Positions 9,013-18,737 of a DNA stretch of 37,547 bases are shown piece by piece. The notes below the pieces were generated by a model that was not told the origin of the DNA, did no database searches, and was given only the letters and a program-made list of their open reading frames with translations. Origin of the DNA: a virus (taxonomy: Duplodnaviria; Heunggongvirae; Uroviricota; Caudoviricetes). Where the stretch lies: the IMG/VR virus record IMGVR_UViG_2724679539_000004. One strand, written 5' to 3'. The position numbers and the translations under genes are program-made. The stretch's first letter is position 1, and each line of letters opens with the position of its first letter.

Positions 9013-9324
9013 ATGACGACACCAACCAGACGGATAAGTTTCTATCTGAAGCCTGTGGCCGTCAAGAACGAAAGCGAAGCATGCGCCTGGCTGGACAGCC
9101 TTACACCAGAAGCCCGCAAAAGCGGCCAACGCGTGGCTTTTCTGGCCGGGCTGGCACTTCTGAAAATGAATCCAGCAGAGGCTTACCGACTGGCTGCATG
9201 GGCTGACGATGAGGCGTTATCAGTGACACAAACCAGGACAGAATGCCCCGCGTCACAGCCAGTATCAACCGCACAGATAACCAGTCAGATGGCCGGAAAT
9301 ATCCGGGCGTTATTTCCCGAATAA
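9013..9324 (+). CDS. parR: ParR/StbB-like centromere-binding adaptor
   Basis: 103 aa; RRISFYLKPVAV...AFLAGLALLKMNP...IRALFPE parallels R1 ParR as recalled; directly downstream of parM. Confidence 0.6.
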   Translation: MTTPTRRISFYLKPVAVKNESEACAWLDSLTPEARKSGQRVAFLAGLALLKMNPAEAYRLAAWADDEALSVTQTRTECPASQPVSTAQITSQMAGNIRALFPE

Positions 9325-9387
9325 CACAACATCAGGGCGCATCCGCCCTGATCTCCACCTCAGAACATAAACAAGGAGACCGACTTA

Positions 9388-9933
9388 ATGAGCGAAATCA
9401 ACTATCAGGCACTGCGTGAGTTAGCAAAACAGGCAACACAGGGCGAATGGGTCGCATTTATTTCGCCGGGCAAATACGGCACGTACGCCGTGCACACACC
9501 AGGAGATAATCATCACGGAGATATTGTCGACTGGCCTGGATTCGACGGACAGAAAAACGCAGAGAACAACGCTCGTTATATCGCAGCTTTCAACCCTGAA
9601 GTAGTGCAGGCGCTGTTGGATGAACGAGAAGCCCAAAGCAAACGCATTGCAGAGCTGGAGGCTAATTTCACGGTGCTGGCAGTGGAGAATGCCTCAATGA
9701 AGCTGTTTATCAGGGGCTGTTGCTATGTATTTGATGGAGAGCAGGATGAAATATCTGACGCGTATATCTGCGCAACAGACGGAGGAATGCCACAAACCCC
9801 AGCCACCGACGCTTTCCTGGCTGAAGTGCGGGCGCAGGGCGTGGAGATGTTTGCGGAGTGTGCATACACACTTGAACATCATGATCACGCAGTAGCTTTT
9901 GCCGCCGAGCTACGTAAAGGAGGCAGTCAGTGA
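9388..9933 (+). CDS. Ea22/Ead-like protein
   Basis: 181 aa; MSEINYQALRELAKQATQGEW N-terminus typical of Ead/Ea22 family; coiled-coil ALLDEREAQSKRIAELE. Confidence 0.6.
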   Translation: MSEINYQALRELAKQATQGEWVAFISPGKYGTYAVHTPGDNHHGDIVDWPGFDGQKNAENNARYIAAFNPEVVQALLDEREAQSKRIAELEANFTVLAVENASMKLFIRGCCYVFDGEQDEISDAYICATDGGMPQTPATDAFLAEVRAQGVEMFAECAYTLEHHDHAVAFAAELRKGGSQ

Positions 9934-10469
9934 GCAAAATTGACTATCAGGCACTACAAATGGCAGCAGAACGTGCAATTCCGGCAATGGAACGCCTGTT
10001 AATATTGCCAGTTGATGATGATTTGTTAAGCGAACAGGAACTTAAAGATTACGGTGTGGATATTGACGCGATCAACACCTTCAGACTTCTGGCTGGACCG
10101 GAAGACATGCTGGCACTGCTGGATGAACTGGAAATAGCAAAAAAGCGCATCGCTGAACTGGAAAAAATCGCCACTGACTATGCACTTAAATTCCAGAAAG
10201 CACAGGACGCATTAAAGTATGCCGCTTTGCCGCATAGCCGGACGGCGCAACAAACAAATAATCTTGCAGTATCGCTTCCGGACATAAGCGAATATTTCAT
10301 TAATGACGTATTTCAGCCCTTGCGATACGAGCGGGATGTTGAAAGAGCCATCATAAAGGCTGGCGGAAAAGCATTGTGGCAGGAGAAACACGAGGACAGA
10401 ACGCATCAGTCATGCGATGTAAATTGTGGATGGTTTAGCCCACTGACGACAGATAAAAATAACACCTGA
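9930..10469 (+). CDS. Ea22/Ead-like paralog
   Basis: 179 aa; MSKIDYQALQMAAERA and ALLDELEIAKKRIAELE; ATGA-type overlap with upstream paralog. Confidence 0.55.
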   Translation: MSKIDYQALQMAAERAIPAMERLLILPVDDDLLSEQELKDYGVDIDAINTFRLLAGPEDMLALLDELEIAKKRIAELEKIATDYALKFQKAQDALKYAALPHSRTAQQTNNLAVSLPDISEYFINDVFQPLRYERDVERAIIKAGGKALWQEKHEDRTHQSCDVNCGWFSPLTTDKNNT

Positions 10470-10959
10470 TCCCCCTCAAACCAGGGCGATAATCGCACAT
10501 CGCCCTGCTGCACAATAGTGCACAAATTTGCACAATTTTTTTGAACGAATTTTTGCCCTTCCAGCCCGCGTGGCGGCTGGATCCGTCAAGGATCCGTGCG
10601 TGCACAAAAAAACGCGCTTTTTCTGCGCGCAGGTGACGGGGGAACAGCCCGCGTTTCAGGGGGTAAATAGCATTCCCTGAGCGATGTCGCAGCGACACAA
10701 CAGAATGGCTGTATTTCTCACGCTGAGCGTGAAAAAGACGTAAGGGTTTTTGATTTGATGGGTTGAAAGGTAAGGCCGTCAAAATCGCACTGAGGCGGCG
10801 AGAACATACAGTCAACGCGGTGGGATTGCGTAAGAGTCTGACCGTCGATGGTGGCGATAAACTGGAAGGCGTCGTGAAATTATCTGATTGATACAGGAGC
10901 TGGAGAGTCGGGGCATAAATTTTTTATGCCCCGGCGAAGCAGCAGACAAGCGAAGCGCG
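10470..10959. other. cos-containing region between cargo and Q (exact cohesive-end site not identified)
   Basis: Position equivalent to P2 cos; GC-rich elements (gcgtggcggctgg, ggtgacgggggaacagc) resemble but do not match P2/186 cos as recalled. Confidence 0.3.
10910..10932. terminator. Bidirectional hairpin terminator downstream of Q
   Basis: GGGGCATAAA-ttt-TTTATGCCCC perfect palindrome just 3' of Q. Confidence 0.5.
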
Positions 10960-12006
10960 TCAGGCTGTGGGCTGGGTGTCTAACAGTGCGTAAGGGTTAA
11001 AGCGGATCACCTCTTCGCCCAGCCAGTCATTGATGTGCTTCATGGCCTCCATGACGGGCATCAGCTCGTTAATTGCGTAAACCCGCGCGGCCTTCTCCAC
11101 ATCACCAAACGCACTTTTTTCACCCGGCATCGCCCCCATCAGTTGCGGCGGAACGCGGTGCGCAGCCAGCACATCATCACGGGATGCCGCCTTAACATTC
11201 ATGAACTCATCCTTTGCAGTGATCTGCTGGAACGGCAAAATTTGCACCCCCTCTTTGCCCCCGTTGGGCGCATGAATGAGCACGTTTTTAAACGCACCAC
11301 CACCACGTGCCCCCTGTAGCGTTTCTTTCAGGGAGTCCATGCTTTCGCGGTTTACCTGCGCTGCACCGATGTAGATGATGCACCCGGCGTGGGATCCGTT
11401 GTCGTAATACAGTTTTCTGAACATGTCCGCCGAATGAGACAGGCTGGCCGAGAGTAATGCGCCGAGATATTCCGGCATGCCGTAGATTTCCTGGTTAATG
11501 TCAGGATTCATCAGGTGGCACACTTTGCCAGGGCGAAACTGAAACGCATCCTTGCCATCCTGCACATACCACCATGATTCAAGATCGCTTCCGCGTCGCA
11601 TGTATTTCGCCAGTGCGTGCCGTAATTTAAGCGGTTCGCCGAGCATATTGCTTCGAAGCTCAAGGAATGCGTTACCGAACACAAACCAGTCCAGCGCCAG
11701 CGCCGAGAAATCCTGCCGGGAAAGCAGCGGGTGCGGGATGTAGCAGCCGAGTAATACATTGCGCTTAAAGTAAAGCGCAGACTGATGCCAGGACGTTTGC
11801 CGGGCAGCTCTTGCCAGACCGTACCAGTCTACCGGGGTTTCATACCACCGCCCGTTATCAGCACAGTACATATTGTCCAGCAGATCATGCCCGGTCAGGC
11901 GATAAGGACCATCAAATGTGAATGCACTGAGCGATGATTCTTTCCTGAGCGCATCAGCGAGATCAATGCGTGAACTCATGCGCACTTTTTTATTTTTTCT
12001 GCTCAT
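10960..12006 (-). CDS. Q: Portal protein (P2 gpQ-like)
   Basis: 348 aa; size/position match P2 Q; ATGA overlap with P stop. Confidence 0.85.
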   Translation of the reverse strand: MSRKNKKVRMSSRIDLADALRKESSLSAFTFDGPYRLTGHDLLDNMYCADNGRWYETPVDWYGLARAARQTSWHQSALYFKRNVLLGCYIPHPLLSRQDFSALALDWFVFGNAFLELRSNMLGEPLKLRHALAKYMRRGSDLESWWYVQDGKDAFQFRPGKVCHLMNPDINQEIYGMPEYLGALLSASLSHSADMFRKLYYDNGSHAGCIIYIGAAQVNRESMDSLKETLQGARGGGAFKNVLIHAPNGGKEGVQILPFQQITAKDEFMNVKAASRDDVLAAHRVPPQLMGAMPGEKSAFGDVEKAARVYAINELMPVMEAMKHINDWLGEEVIRFNPYALLDTQPTA

Positions 12007-13757
12007 CAGAACTCCATAACCGTGAAACGCTCGTTTTCTCCTTCGCCGCCAATCGGTTCGTTAATGACAGCAAGCATGGTTGCCCACGCAAGGTCGCCGT
12101 GGCTGATCCCCCTCGCGCGGTCCGTTTCGTAAGTGATAAAGCCGCCCGGTGTTTTCACCTTACGCACGGCGTTAAAGGCCGCGACCAGCTCGCGTTCGGC
12201 GCGATCGTATTCCCACCGCCCGGCACGCATTATTTGCAGCATTTTCAGTACCAGCGACCGTTTTGATGACAGCGTGAAGGTGTACGGAATAGCAGCAGGG
12301 AAAAACCGTTTCACTATCTGATAAACAGCCTCCCCGTTCCCGCCCGTCACATCAATGCCGATGTGTTCCACGTTGTAGCGATACGTGAACTCTTCAATGA
12401 CTCTGGCCTGTTCTTCAAACTCCAGCCCCTGAACGCGTCGCGTCTCCACCGTTCGAAAACGGCCACCAGGAACAGCCGGAGGAACCACCACGGACACAGC
12501 GCCGCTGTCGCCGTTACCACTGCTGCCGTTTGCGTCATACCCAATCCATACCGGACGATTCCCCATCGGGCGGGGAGCAAAAGGTTTCCAGTCTTTCCAG
12601 TCGTCGTATCCGTCAACACCGCAGCCAATCAGGATATTCAGGTTAAATGCCGATTCCCCTTCGCGGACAAACTCACACATATAGAGATTGAGGAACTCGT
12701 CTTCGGTATTTTCATCACGAATTTCGTCGATATCGGTGTGTTTCCAGCCGTGATTAACCACATCTTCCAGCGTGACAATTTGCCGCCACGTCCGGTCAGG
12801 GCAGATAAGCCCGTTATGCAGCGTTTTCCAGTCCACAGAAAAACGCTGGCGTTTATGCGAGGCCTTTTTCTCGTTCCAGCGGTCGCCGTTCCAGTAGGCG
12901 TATGCCTCGTGCGTTTCGGTGGATGGCGTGGAGAAGTAGGTGCGCCGCAGTCCGCTGAGGGTTGCCATAGCGCCAGCCACCTTGCGCAGTTCAGCAAAGC
13001 GACTGACCCAGAAAAATTCATCAAAATAAAAATTGCCCGTATAGGACTGTGCCGACGCAGCAGAAGTGCCGAGAAAATGCAGCTCTGCGCCGTTGGAGAG
13101 GATGATTTTATCGCCCCCTTTCAGCTCCACATCAACTTCAGCCGCGGCCTTCTGGATAATGCTTTTAAACTGGAACGCCTGACGACGCGACGCAGACAAA
13201 AAAATCTGGTTACGCTGGTAAGGTTGCGCCACATCGTCACGCAGCGCCATCAGCAGAGCTTCCTGTGCAAAATACCAGGTCGCCCCAATCTGTCGGGATT
13301 TCAGGATCATCCTGTTACGTATCCCGGCTTCCCTGCAAAGGGTCAGGGAGTCAAACCAGCCCCGCTGATGCCACTCCAGCCTGCTGATGATTTTTTCCCG
13401 CAGTGCGGCAATCTGTTCCGGCGTGAAATGATTTTTGAGTTTTTTCGCCCGGCCTTTCTTTCCTGTGGCCGCCGCATCCGGCTGGCCATCATGCAGTTTT
13501 TTAAGCTGCCGGGTCAGCAGGTCTATTTCCTTGAAGTCACCACCTGTTTTATTCTGTTTTTCAGTGAGCTGGATGAGGCGCGCATCGATGGACTGCGTGA
13601 CACGCTGCACGGGTGGCGTTTCATCCCACTGGTCGCGTTTTTTCCACGCATAAATCGTGTTCGGGTTTATTCCCATCAGACGTGATATTTCTGCGGGCGG
13701 ATAACCCTGCCAGTAAAGTTGACGCGCACGCTGGCGCACAAAAGCGTCCTGAATCAT
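12006..13757 (-). CDS. P: Terminase large (ATPase) subunit (P2 gpP-like)
   Basis: 583 aa; divergent from O as in P2; terminase-like architecture. Confidence 0.85.
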   Translation of the reverse strand: MIQDAFVRQRARQLYWQGYPPAEISRLMGINPNTIYAWKKRDQWDETPPVQRVTQSIDARLIQLTEKQNKTGGDFKEIDLLTRQLKKLHDGQPDAAATGKKGRAKKLKNHFTPEQIAALREKIISRLEWHQRGWFDSLTLCREAGIRNRMILKSRQIGATWYFAQEALLMALRDDVAQPYQRNQIFLSASRRQAFQFKSIIQKAAAEVDVELKGGDKIILSNGAELHFLGTSAASAQSYTGNFYFDEFFWVSRFAELRKVAGAMATLSGLRRTYFSTPSTETHEAYAYWNGDRWNEKKASHKRQRFSVDWKTLHNGLICPDRTWRQIVTLEDVVNHGWKHTDIDEIRDENTEDEFLNLYMCEFVREGESAFNLNILIGCGVDGYDDWKDWKPFAPRPMGNRPVWIGYDANGSSGNGDSGAVSVVVPPAVPGGRFRTVETRRVQGLEFEEQARVIEEFTYRYNVEHIGIDVTGGNGEAVYQIVKRFFPAAIPYTFTLSSKRSLVLKMLQIMRAGRWEYDRAERELVAAFNAVRKVKTPGGFITYETDRARGISHGDLAWATMLAVINEPIGGEGENERFTVMEF

Positions 13758-13911
13758 TGCTCCCCCTGAGTAATTACAGGAAGATTACCCGCGCGCGAAA
13801 CTGTTCTCCTTAACCCCCTGTTCTGGCCGTTTTCTTACAACAAAAGCCCTTTGTATCAGCCTGTTACGCTTTGCCATCATGACTGAAGAACCAGTCAGAG
13901 GGGCAAAAACT

Positions 13912-14748
13912 ATGGCTAATGAAAAAAAGACATCCCGCAAAAAGTTTCGCGTGGCTGTCTCCGGTGTAACGGCAGACGGGCGCGAAATCAACGGCGACAT
14001 GCTGAAAGCTGCCGCCACCAGTTATAACCCGTCCGTTTATGGTGCACGTGTGAATATTGAGCACATCCTGTCACCACTCCCCGGTAGCGAGTTTTCCGCT
14101 ATGGGCGATGTTGTGGGGTTGAGCACCGAAGACATAACCGATGGCCCGCTGGCAGGTCGCACGGCACTGTATGCCGAAATTGAGCCGACCGCTCGCATGA
14201 TGTCCCTGCTTAACGATGGTAAAAAAATTTACTCCAGTATTGAGCTGGAACCACAGTCAACCATCACGGGAGGCCCTTACCTGCGCGGGCTGGCAATGAC
14301 CGACACCCCTGCCAGCCTGGGCACGGAACGTCTGGCCTTTGCGGCACAACAACGTATGCAACTGATGACATTCAACTGTCAGCAGGGAGACGTGGCGATG
14401 TTTACCGCCGCTATGGAGTCAGAACTTATCGAACTCACCGAACAACGTCAGGAAGAAGGCACCCAGTGGTTTAACCGCGTTATGGGGATTATTGGCCGTG
14501 GCCGCAAAGCGGATGACGCCAGTTTCTCCCGTATTCAGGAAGCGGTGGAAGGTGTCGCAACGTCACAGGCCGACATTATCGACCGTTTTAATGTGCTGGA
14601 AACCCGCCATCAGCAGGACAGCCAGAAAATCACTTTACTGACCACAGAGCTGACAGCACTGAAGGAAAAACTGCGCACGCAGGACGGCGATCCGCAGAAC
14701 CGGTTCACCGCAACGGGCGCAGCCTCCGATCAACTGGCTGACTTCTGA
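13912..14748 (+). CDS. O: Capsid scaffolding protein (P2 gpO-like)
   Basis: 278 aa from ATG 13912 (SD gagggg); acidic, coiled-coil rich; precedes major capsid gene. Confidence 0.8.
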   Translation: MANEKKTSRKKFRVAVSGVTADGREINGDMLKAAATSYNPSVYGARVNIEHILSPLPGSEFSAMGDVVGLSTEDITDGPLAGRTALYAEIEPTARMMSLLNDGKKIYSSIELEPQSTITGGPYLRGLAMTDTPASLGTERLAFAAQQRMQLMTFNCQQGDVAMFTAAMESELIELTEQRQEEGTQWFNRVMGIIGRGRKADDASFSRIQEAVEGVATSQADIIDRFNVLETRHQQDSQKITLLTTELTALKEKLRTQDGDPQNRFTATGAASDQLADF

Positions 14749-14771
14749 TAAGACAAAGGAGCAAATTTTTT

Positions 14772-15824
14772 ATGAATCTGGTGATGTCAGATATTACCCG
14801 CAACAAGCTGGGTTGCTATATGGCGCAGCAGGCGTCGCTTAACAACATCCCGGTATCTGCACTGGTATCGCGATTTACCGTGGAACCCTCGGTGCAGCAG
14901 CGTTTTGAAAACGCAGTAAAGGAGAGCACTGAATTTACAAAAAAAATTAACGTGTTCGGTGTGACCGACCAGAAAGGCGAAAAAATCCTCCTGGACACCA
15001 CAGGACCGATTGCGCGCACGAATACCAGTTATGACGGCACAAAACGCCGTAACCCGAATAACGTGGTTGATCTGAAAAACCGCAAATATCAGTGCGAACA
15101 GGTGAACTACGACACGTTTATTTCGTATCCGCAGCTTGATGCCTGGGCGGCACACCCTGATTTTCAGTCACGCGTCAGCACACAGATTGCCCGGCAGGTG
15201 GCGCTTGACCGCATCATGATCGGTTTCAACGGCACGTCTCACGCGGATGAGTCCAACTTCAGCACCAACAAGCTGCTTCAGGACGTTAACGTGGGATGGC
15301 TGGAGCACATCAGAACCGACGCCAGCGAGCGCGTAATGAATGACGTGACGCTGACCTCCCGCAACATGGACAACACCGTGGCGCACGCGGGTAAGTATGC
15401 GAACGCTGATGCACTGGTACAGGACGCGCGCTCATCCCTGCTGGATGAATGGCACAAGGAAGCTGACGACCTCGTGGTGATTATGGGGCGCAACCTGTTT
15501 AACTCGCTGCGTCTGCCCGTGCTGAACAGCATCAGCGGCCAGAATCCCAATGCGGAATTACTTGCCGGACAGCTCATCCTGTCATCGCGCGCCATTGGCG
15601 GACTGGATGTATTCCTTGCGCCGTTCTTCCCGGATTCAACGATGCTGATCACCTCGTTCAACAACCTGTCGATTTACTGGCAGAAAGGAACAATGCGTCG
15701 CCTGATGAAAGACGAGCCGGAATACAACCGCATCGCCACCTACCAGTCCATCAATGACGCTTATGTCGTTGAAGACTATGGCAAGTGCGCGATGGTCACT
15801 GGCCTGAAGTTCGCCGACAGCTAA
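14772..15824 (+). CDS. N: Major capsid protein (P2 gpN-like)
   Basis: 350 aa; position/size match P2 N. Confidence 0.85.
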   Translation: MNLVMSDITRNKLGCYMAQQASLNNIPVSALVSRFTVEPSVQQRFENAVKESTEFTKKINVFGVTDQKGEKILLDTTGPIARTNTSYDGTKRRNPNNVVDLKNRKYQCEQVNYDTFISYPQLDAWAAHPDFQSRVSTQIARQVALDRIMIGFNGTSHADESNFSTNKLLQDVNVGWLEHIRTDASERVMNDVTLTSRNMDNTVAHAGKYANADALVQDARSSLLDEWHKEADDLVVIMGRNLFNSLRLPVLNSISGQNPNAELLAGQLILSSRAIGGLDVFLAPFFPDSTMLITSFNNLSIYWQKGTMRRLMKDEPEYNRIATYQSINDAYVVEDYGKCAMVTGLKFADS

Positions 15825-15869
15825 TCAACTCACGGCGGGCATCATGCCCGCCTGTAACGGAGAGAAAAA

Positions 15870-16670
15870 ATGATTACTCCTGCACAGCAACACTGGCAGA
15901 ACGTGATGGCACAGCGCGCAGGCCGGGCGAATGAAGGCGTGGACCACGCCGCGCGTACCGCGCATGAAGAGGTGCTGTATCGTCTGCGTCTGGCACAGGC
16001 CCGACTTAAGGGCGTACAGGCCAGAAGCGCGAAAGCCGCCATCAAAAAAGAGTTGTTGCCGGACTTTTCCGGCTGGATTGAGGGAACGCTGGAGGCTGAC
16101 GGCGGGCAGCAGGATGAAGTGATTGCCACGCTGATGGTGTGGGCAATTGACTGCGGCGATCTTCCGCTGGCGTTGCGTATTGGTGCGTATGTGGTCCGTC
16201 ATAACCTCATTATGCCGGATAACTTTGGCCGTACGGCTGCCACAGTGCTGACCGAAGAAATCTGCAACCCGGTACTGACGCAGGCCGGGACGGATGCCGA
16301 CGCGGATTTGTCCGCCTTTATCGAACCACTGGATACCCTCCGGGAGATTGTCACCGACCAGGACATGCCGGACGAAGTGCGCGCCAAATTATGCAAGGCG
16401 TGCGCCTTTGCCCGTCGTGGTCTGACCGATGCAGACAACATGGCCTTATCACTGAAGCTGCTGCGCGAAGCGATGCACCTGAACCCGAACGCAGGTGTGA
16501 AACGCGAGATTGCAACCCTTTCCCGCGCCCTGAAAAAAGCCGATTCCGCAGCCGAACCAGAAGACGCCAGCGCACAGCAGGCGCAGGACGAAAGCAGCAA
16601 AAGTAAAAAGACAACGCGGAAGCCTGCAACACGAAAAACCACCGCGACGCAGAAGGCGAAGCGCGGTTAA
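15870..16670 (+). CDS. M: Terminase small/endonuclease subunit (P2 gpM-like)
   Basis: 266 aa; basic C-terminal tail; position match. Confidence 0.8.
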   Translation: MITPAQQHWQNVMAQRAGRANEGVDHAARTAHEEVLYRLRLAQARLKGVQARSAKAAIKKELLPDFSGWIEGTLEADGGQQDEVIATLMVWAIDCGDLPLALRIGAYVVRHNLIMPDNFGRTAATVLTEEICNPVLTQAGTDADADLSAFIEPLDTLREIVTDQDMPDEVRAKLCKACAFARRGLTDADNMALSLKLLREAMHLNPNAGVKREIATLSRALKKADSAAEPEDASAQQAQDESSKSKKTTRKPATRKTTATQKAKRG

Positions 16671-16772
16671 CGACTGACCCCGTCAGCGGGCGGCGTGCGC
16701 GGTGTTCCGGTTTGACTCCGTGACCGTTTACACCGCGCACCCACCGCCCGATTTTTTTCAGGAGTGAACCCC

Positions 16773-17267
16773 ATGAGTATGGTTGCCAGAACCAACCCCG
16801 GACCCGCAGAGGACGACATCACCGATACCGATGATGGTGATACCCGTATTTCAGCGGGCGCATTCTGGCCGGATATTGTGCTGCGTGAGCTGCGTCTGGC
16901 GATACGACTGCCGGGCCGTGTGACCACCTCCCGCCTGCTGCATACCGCCACCGGGGCCGTGGCACACGTTACCCGCGAGCTGGAAGCGTGGCAGCAGGAA
17001 CAACAGGCGGCTGGCCATCAGACGCTGGCCGATGTTCCGGCACCCGTAATTAACGGAGAAAGCGTCAATCTCTGGCACTGGCGCAATGCCGTTTATACCG
17101 CCACACGCGCCCTGATTCTGGAGCGTTACCGCGATGCGGACACAACGGATAAGGGCGACCGCCGCGCGGACGCACTGGATATACAGACATCGGATTTGTG
17201 GCGCGATGTGAGCTGGGCCATCTCTGACATTCTGCGCCGCCCGCGAATCTTTGCGGAGCTGTGCTGA
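16773..17267 (+). CDS. L: Head completion/stabilisation protein (P2 gpL-like)
   Basis: 164 aa from ATG 16773; position match. Confidence 0.75.
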   Translation: MSMVARTNPGPAEDDITDTDDGDTRISAGAFWPDIVLRELRLAIRLPGRVTTSRLLHTATGAVAHVTRELEAWQQEQQAAGHQTLADVPAPVINGESVNLWHWRNAVYTATRALILERYRDADTTDKGDRRADALDIQTSDLWRDVSWAISDILRRPRIFAELC

Positions 17268-17467
17268 TGAAAGTGAAGGCACTGGAAGGCGACACCGTGG
17301 ATTCGCTCTGTTTCCGGTACTACGGCACGACGCAGGGCGTCACCGAAAAGGTGCTGGATGCCAACCCCGGACTCTGTCAGCAGGTATTTCTGGACGCCGG
17401 GCAGGAAGTGGAGATTCCGGAGCCGGAGAAGAAGAAACGAGAAATGATTCAGTTGTGGGGGGAGTAG
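17267..17467 (+). CDS. X: Tail protein X-like
   Basis: 66 aa; ATG overlaps L stop (TGATG); position match to P2 X. Confidence 0.65.
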   Translation: MKVKALEGDTVDSLCFRYYGTTQGVTEKVLDANPGLCQQVFLDAGQEVEIPEPEKKKREMIQLWGE

Positions 17468-17469
17468 CA

Positions 17470-17793
17470 GTGAGCACCATTCAAACAGGGATCACAGAGC
17501 AGGTTATTGCGTGGCTCTTTGACCACCTGCCAACGGTGTATGCAGTAGGCGCGGCAGTCAGCATTTCCGCGCTGATGAGTCTTTATGACGGACGAACACT
17601 GGTTCAGACCGTAACGGGATCGCTGGCGTGCGGCGTTCTTGCCATGGCCGTGGCCGGGTCGTTGCGCTTCTTCGGGTTTCCTGAAGATGCCGTGACGTTT
17701 ATCGGCGCATCAATCGGTTTTATGGGCGCAGAGAAAGCACGCGACAAGGTTATTGCGGCCTTTAATCGCAGGGTGAAGGAGAAGGACGAATGA
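17470..17793 (+). CDS. Holin (three predicted TM segments)
   Basis: GTG start after SD ggagtag; hydrophobic segments; immediately upstream of endolysin. Confidence 0.6.
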   Translation: MSTIQTGITEQVIAWLFDHLPTVYAVGAAVSISALMSLYDGRTLVQTVTGSLACGVLAMAVAGSLRFFGFPEDAVTFIGASIGFMGAEKARDKVIAAFNRRVKEKDE

Positions 17794-18182
17794 GCAACAC
17801 ATTTAAATTCAGCAGCCGGAGCGAAAAGAATTTGCAGGGCGTAAATCCTGATCTGGTGAAAGTGACCCGACGGGCACTGGAAATTTCGGAAGTGGATTTT
17901 GGTATCACCGAAGGGTTGCGCAGCCGTTACCGCCAGAAGCAACTTGTGGCCACAGGTAAGAGCCAGACCATGAACAGCCGCCACCTTACGGGACATGCCG
18001 TGGATGTTGTGGCTTATATCGGCAGCCAGGTGTCATGGGAATGGCCGCTGTACGAAAAAATCGCAGCAGCATTCAGACAGGCCAGCCGGCAACTGAATAT
18101 TCCGGTGGAATGGGGCGGCGACTGGAAGACCCTGAAAGACGGACCGCATTTTCAGTTACCACACGGAGCCTATCCGGCATGA
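17790..18182 (+). CDS. Endolysin, peptidase M15-type (not P2 K lysozyme type)
   Basis: 130 aa; SRHLTGHAVDVV and EWGGDW motifs resemble M15 peptidoglycan endopeptidases. Confidence 0.65.
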   Translation: MSNTFKFSSRSEKNLQGVNPDLVKVTRRALEISEVDFGITEGLRSRYRQKQLVATGKSQTMNSRHLTGHAVDVVAYIGSQVSWEWPLYEKIAAAFRQASRQLNIPVEWGGDWKTLKDGPHFQLPHGAYPA

Positions 18183-18586
18183 AGCTCTGGCCCACGCTGG
18201 GTGTCGCTTCCCTTCTGATTGCCGCATGGGGAACATCCATGCGTCTGTCATGGTCGCTTGGCCGGGAGAACGCCAGAAACGAAGCACAGGCCAGCACCCT
18301 GAAAAGTACCGTCGACACACTGAATATCATCAGTGCCGGGGTACAGGATATGCAGCAGGTGCTGGCGCAACTCCGCGTGGAAAATCAACAGCGAAATCAG
18401 GACGGAGAGGCCAGACGTGAACAGCTACGCAACGATATTGCAAAAGATGAATGCGCCCACGCTTTGCCTGACGCTCGTTTTACTGACAGGTTGCGCAGGC
18501 ACGCAGAACGCGCCACGGCCAGCGCCGTCAGTCCGGCTTATACCGCAGACGCTGACCATACCGGTAACGCCTCCCCCCTTCCCTGA
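18179..18586 (+). CDS. i-spanin (Rz/LysB-like)
   Basis: ATGA overlap with endolysin; N-terminal TM (WPTLGVASLLIAAWG) then coiled coil. Confidence 0.6.
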   Translation: MKLWPTLGVASLLIAAWGTSMRLSWSLGRENARNEAQASTLKSTVDTLNIISAGVQDMQQVLAQLRVENQQRNQDGEARREQLRNDIAKDECAHALPDARFTDRLRRHAERATASAVSPAYTADADHTGNASPLP

Positions 18587-18737
18587 CACTCCCACATGGG
18601 GAAATCTCGGTATATGGGGCGACCGCCTTCTGGATGCACTGGAAACCTGTAACGCTGATAAACGGGCCATTGAATTACTGGAACAGCGCAGGCTGCAACG
18701 ACTGAACAACGAGGATAACAACCATGCTGAAAACTGA
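18447..18737 (+). CDS. o-spanin lipoprotein (Rz1/LysC-like), overlapping i-spanin in +1 frame
   Basis: Lipobox LLTGC after signal peptide; proline-rich; overlaps end of i-spanin as P2 lysC does lysB. Confidence 0.55.
   Translation: MNAPTLCLTLVLLTGCAGTQNAPRPAPSVRLIPQTLTIPVTPPPFPDTPTWGNLGIWGDRLLDALETCNADKRAIELLEQRRLQRLNNEDNNHAEN

Noticed and set aside
10514-10640. Exact P2 or 186 cos cohesive-end sequence
   Set aside because: Only partial resemblance (about 13/19) to the cos sequences as recalled; cos is very likely in 10470-10960 but cannot be placed by eye.
10435-10815. 126-aa minus-strand ORF in the cos region
   Set aside because: No SD; overlaps the end of the Ea22-like gene and the non-coding cos region; Arg/Ser-rich low-complexity translation.
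12363-13685. 440-aa ORF on the plus strand
   Set aside because: Lies fully antisense to the terminase large-subunit gene P, whose minus-strand product fits the P2 gene map; the plus-strand translation is Arg/Pro/Ser-rich with no recognisable motifs.
13758-13911. Ogr-type late promoter motif (TGT-N12-ACA) between P and O, and between FI and D
   Set aside because: No exact match found by inspection in either divergent region; promoters presumably present but not locatable with confidence.
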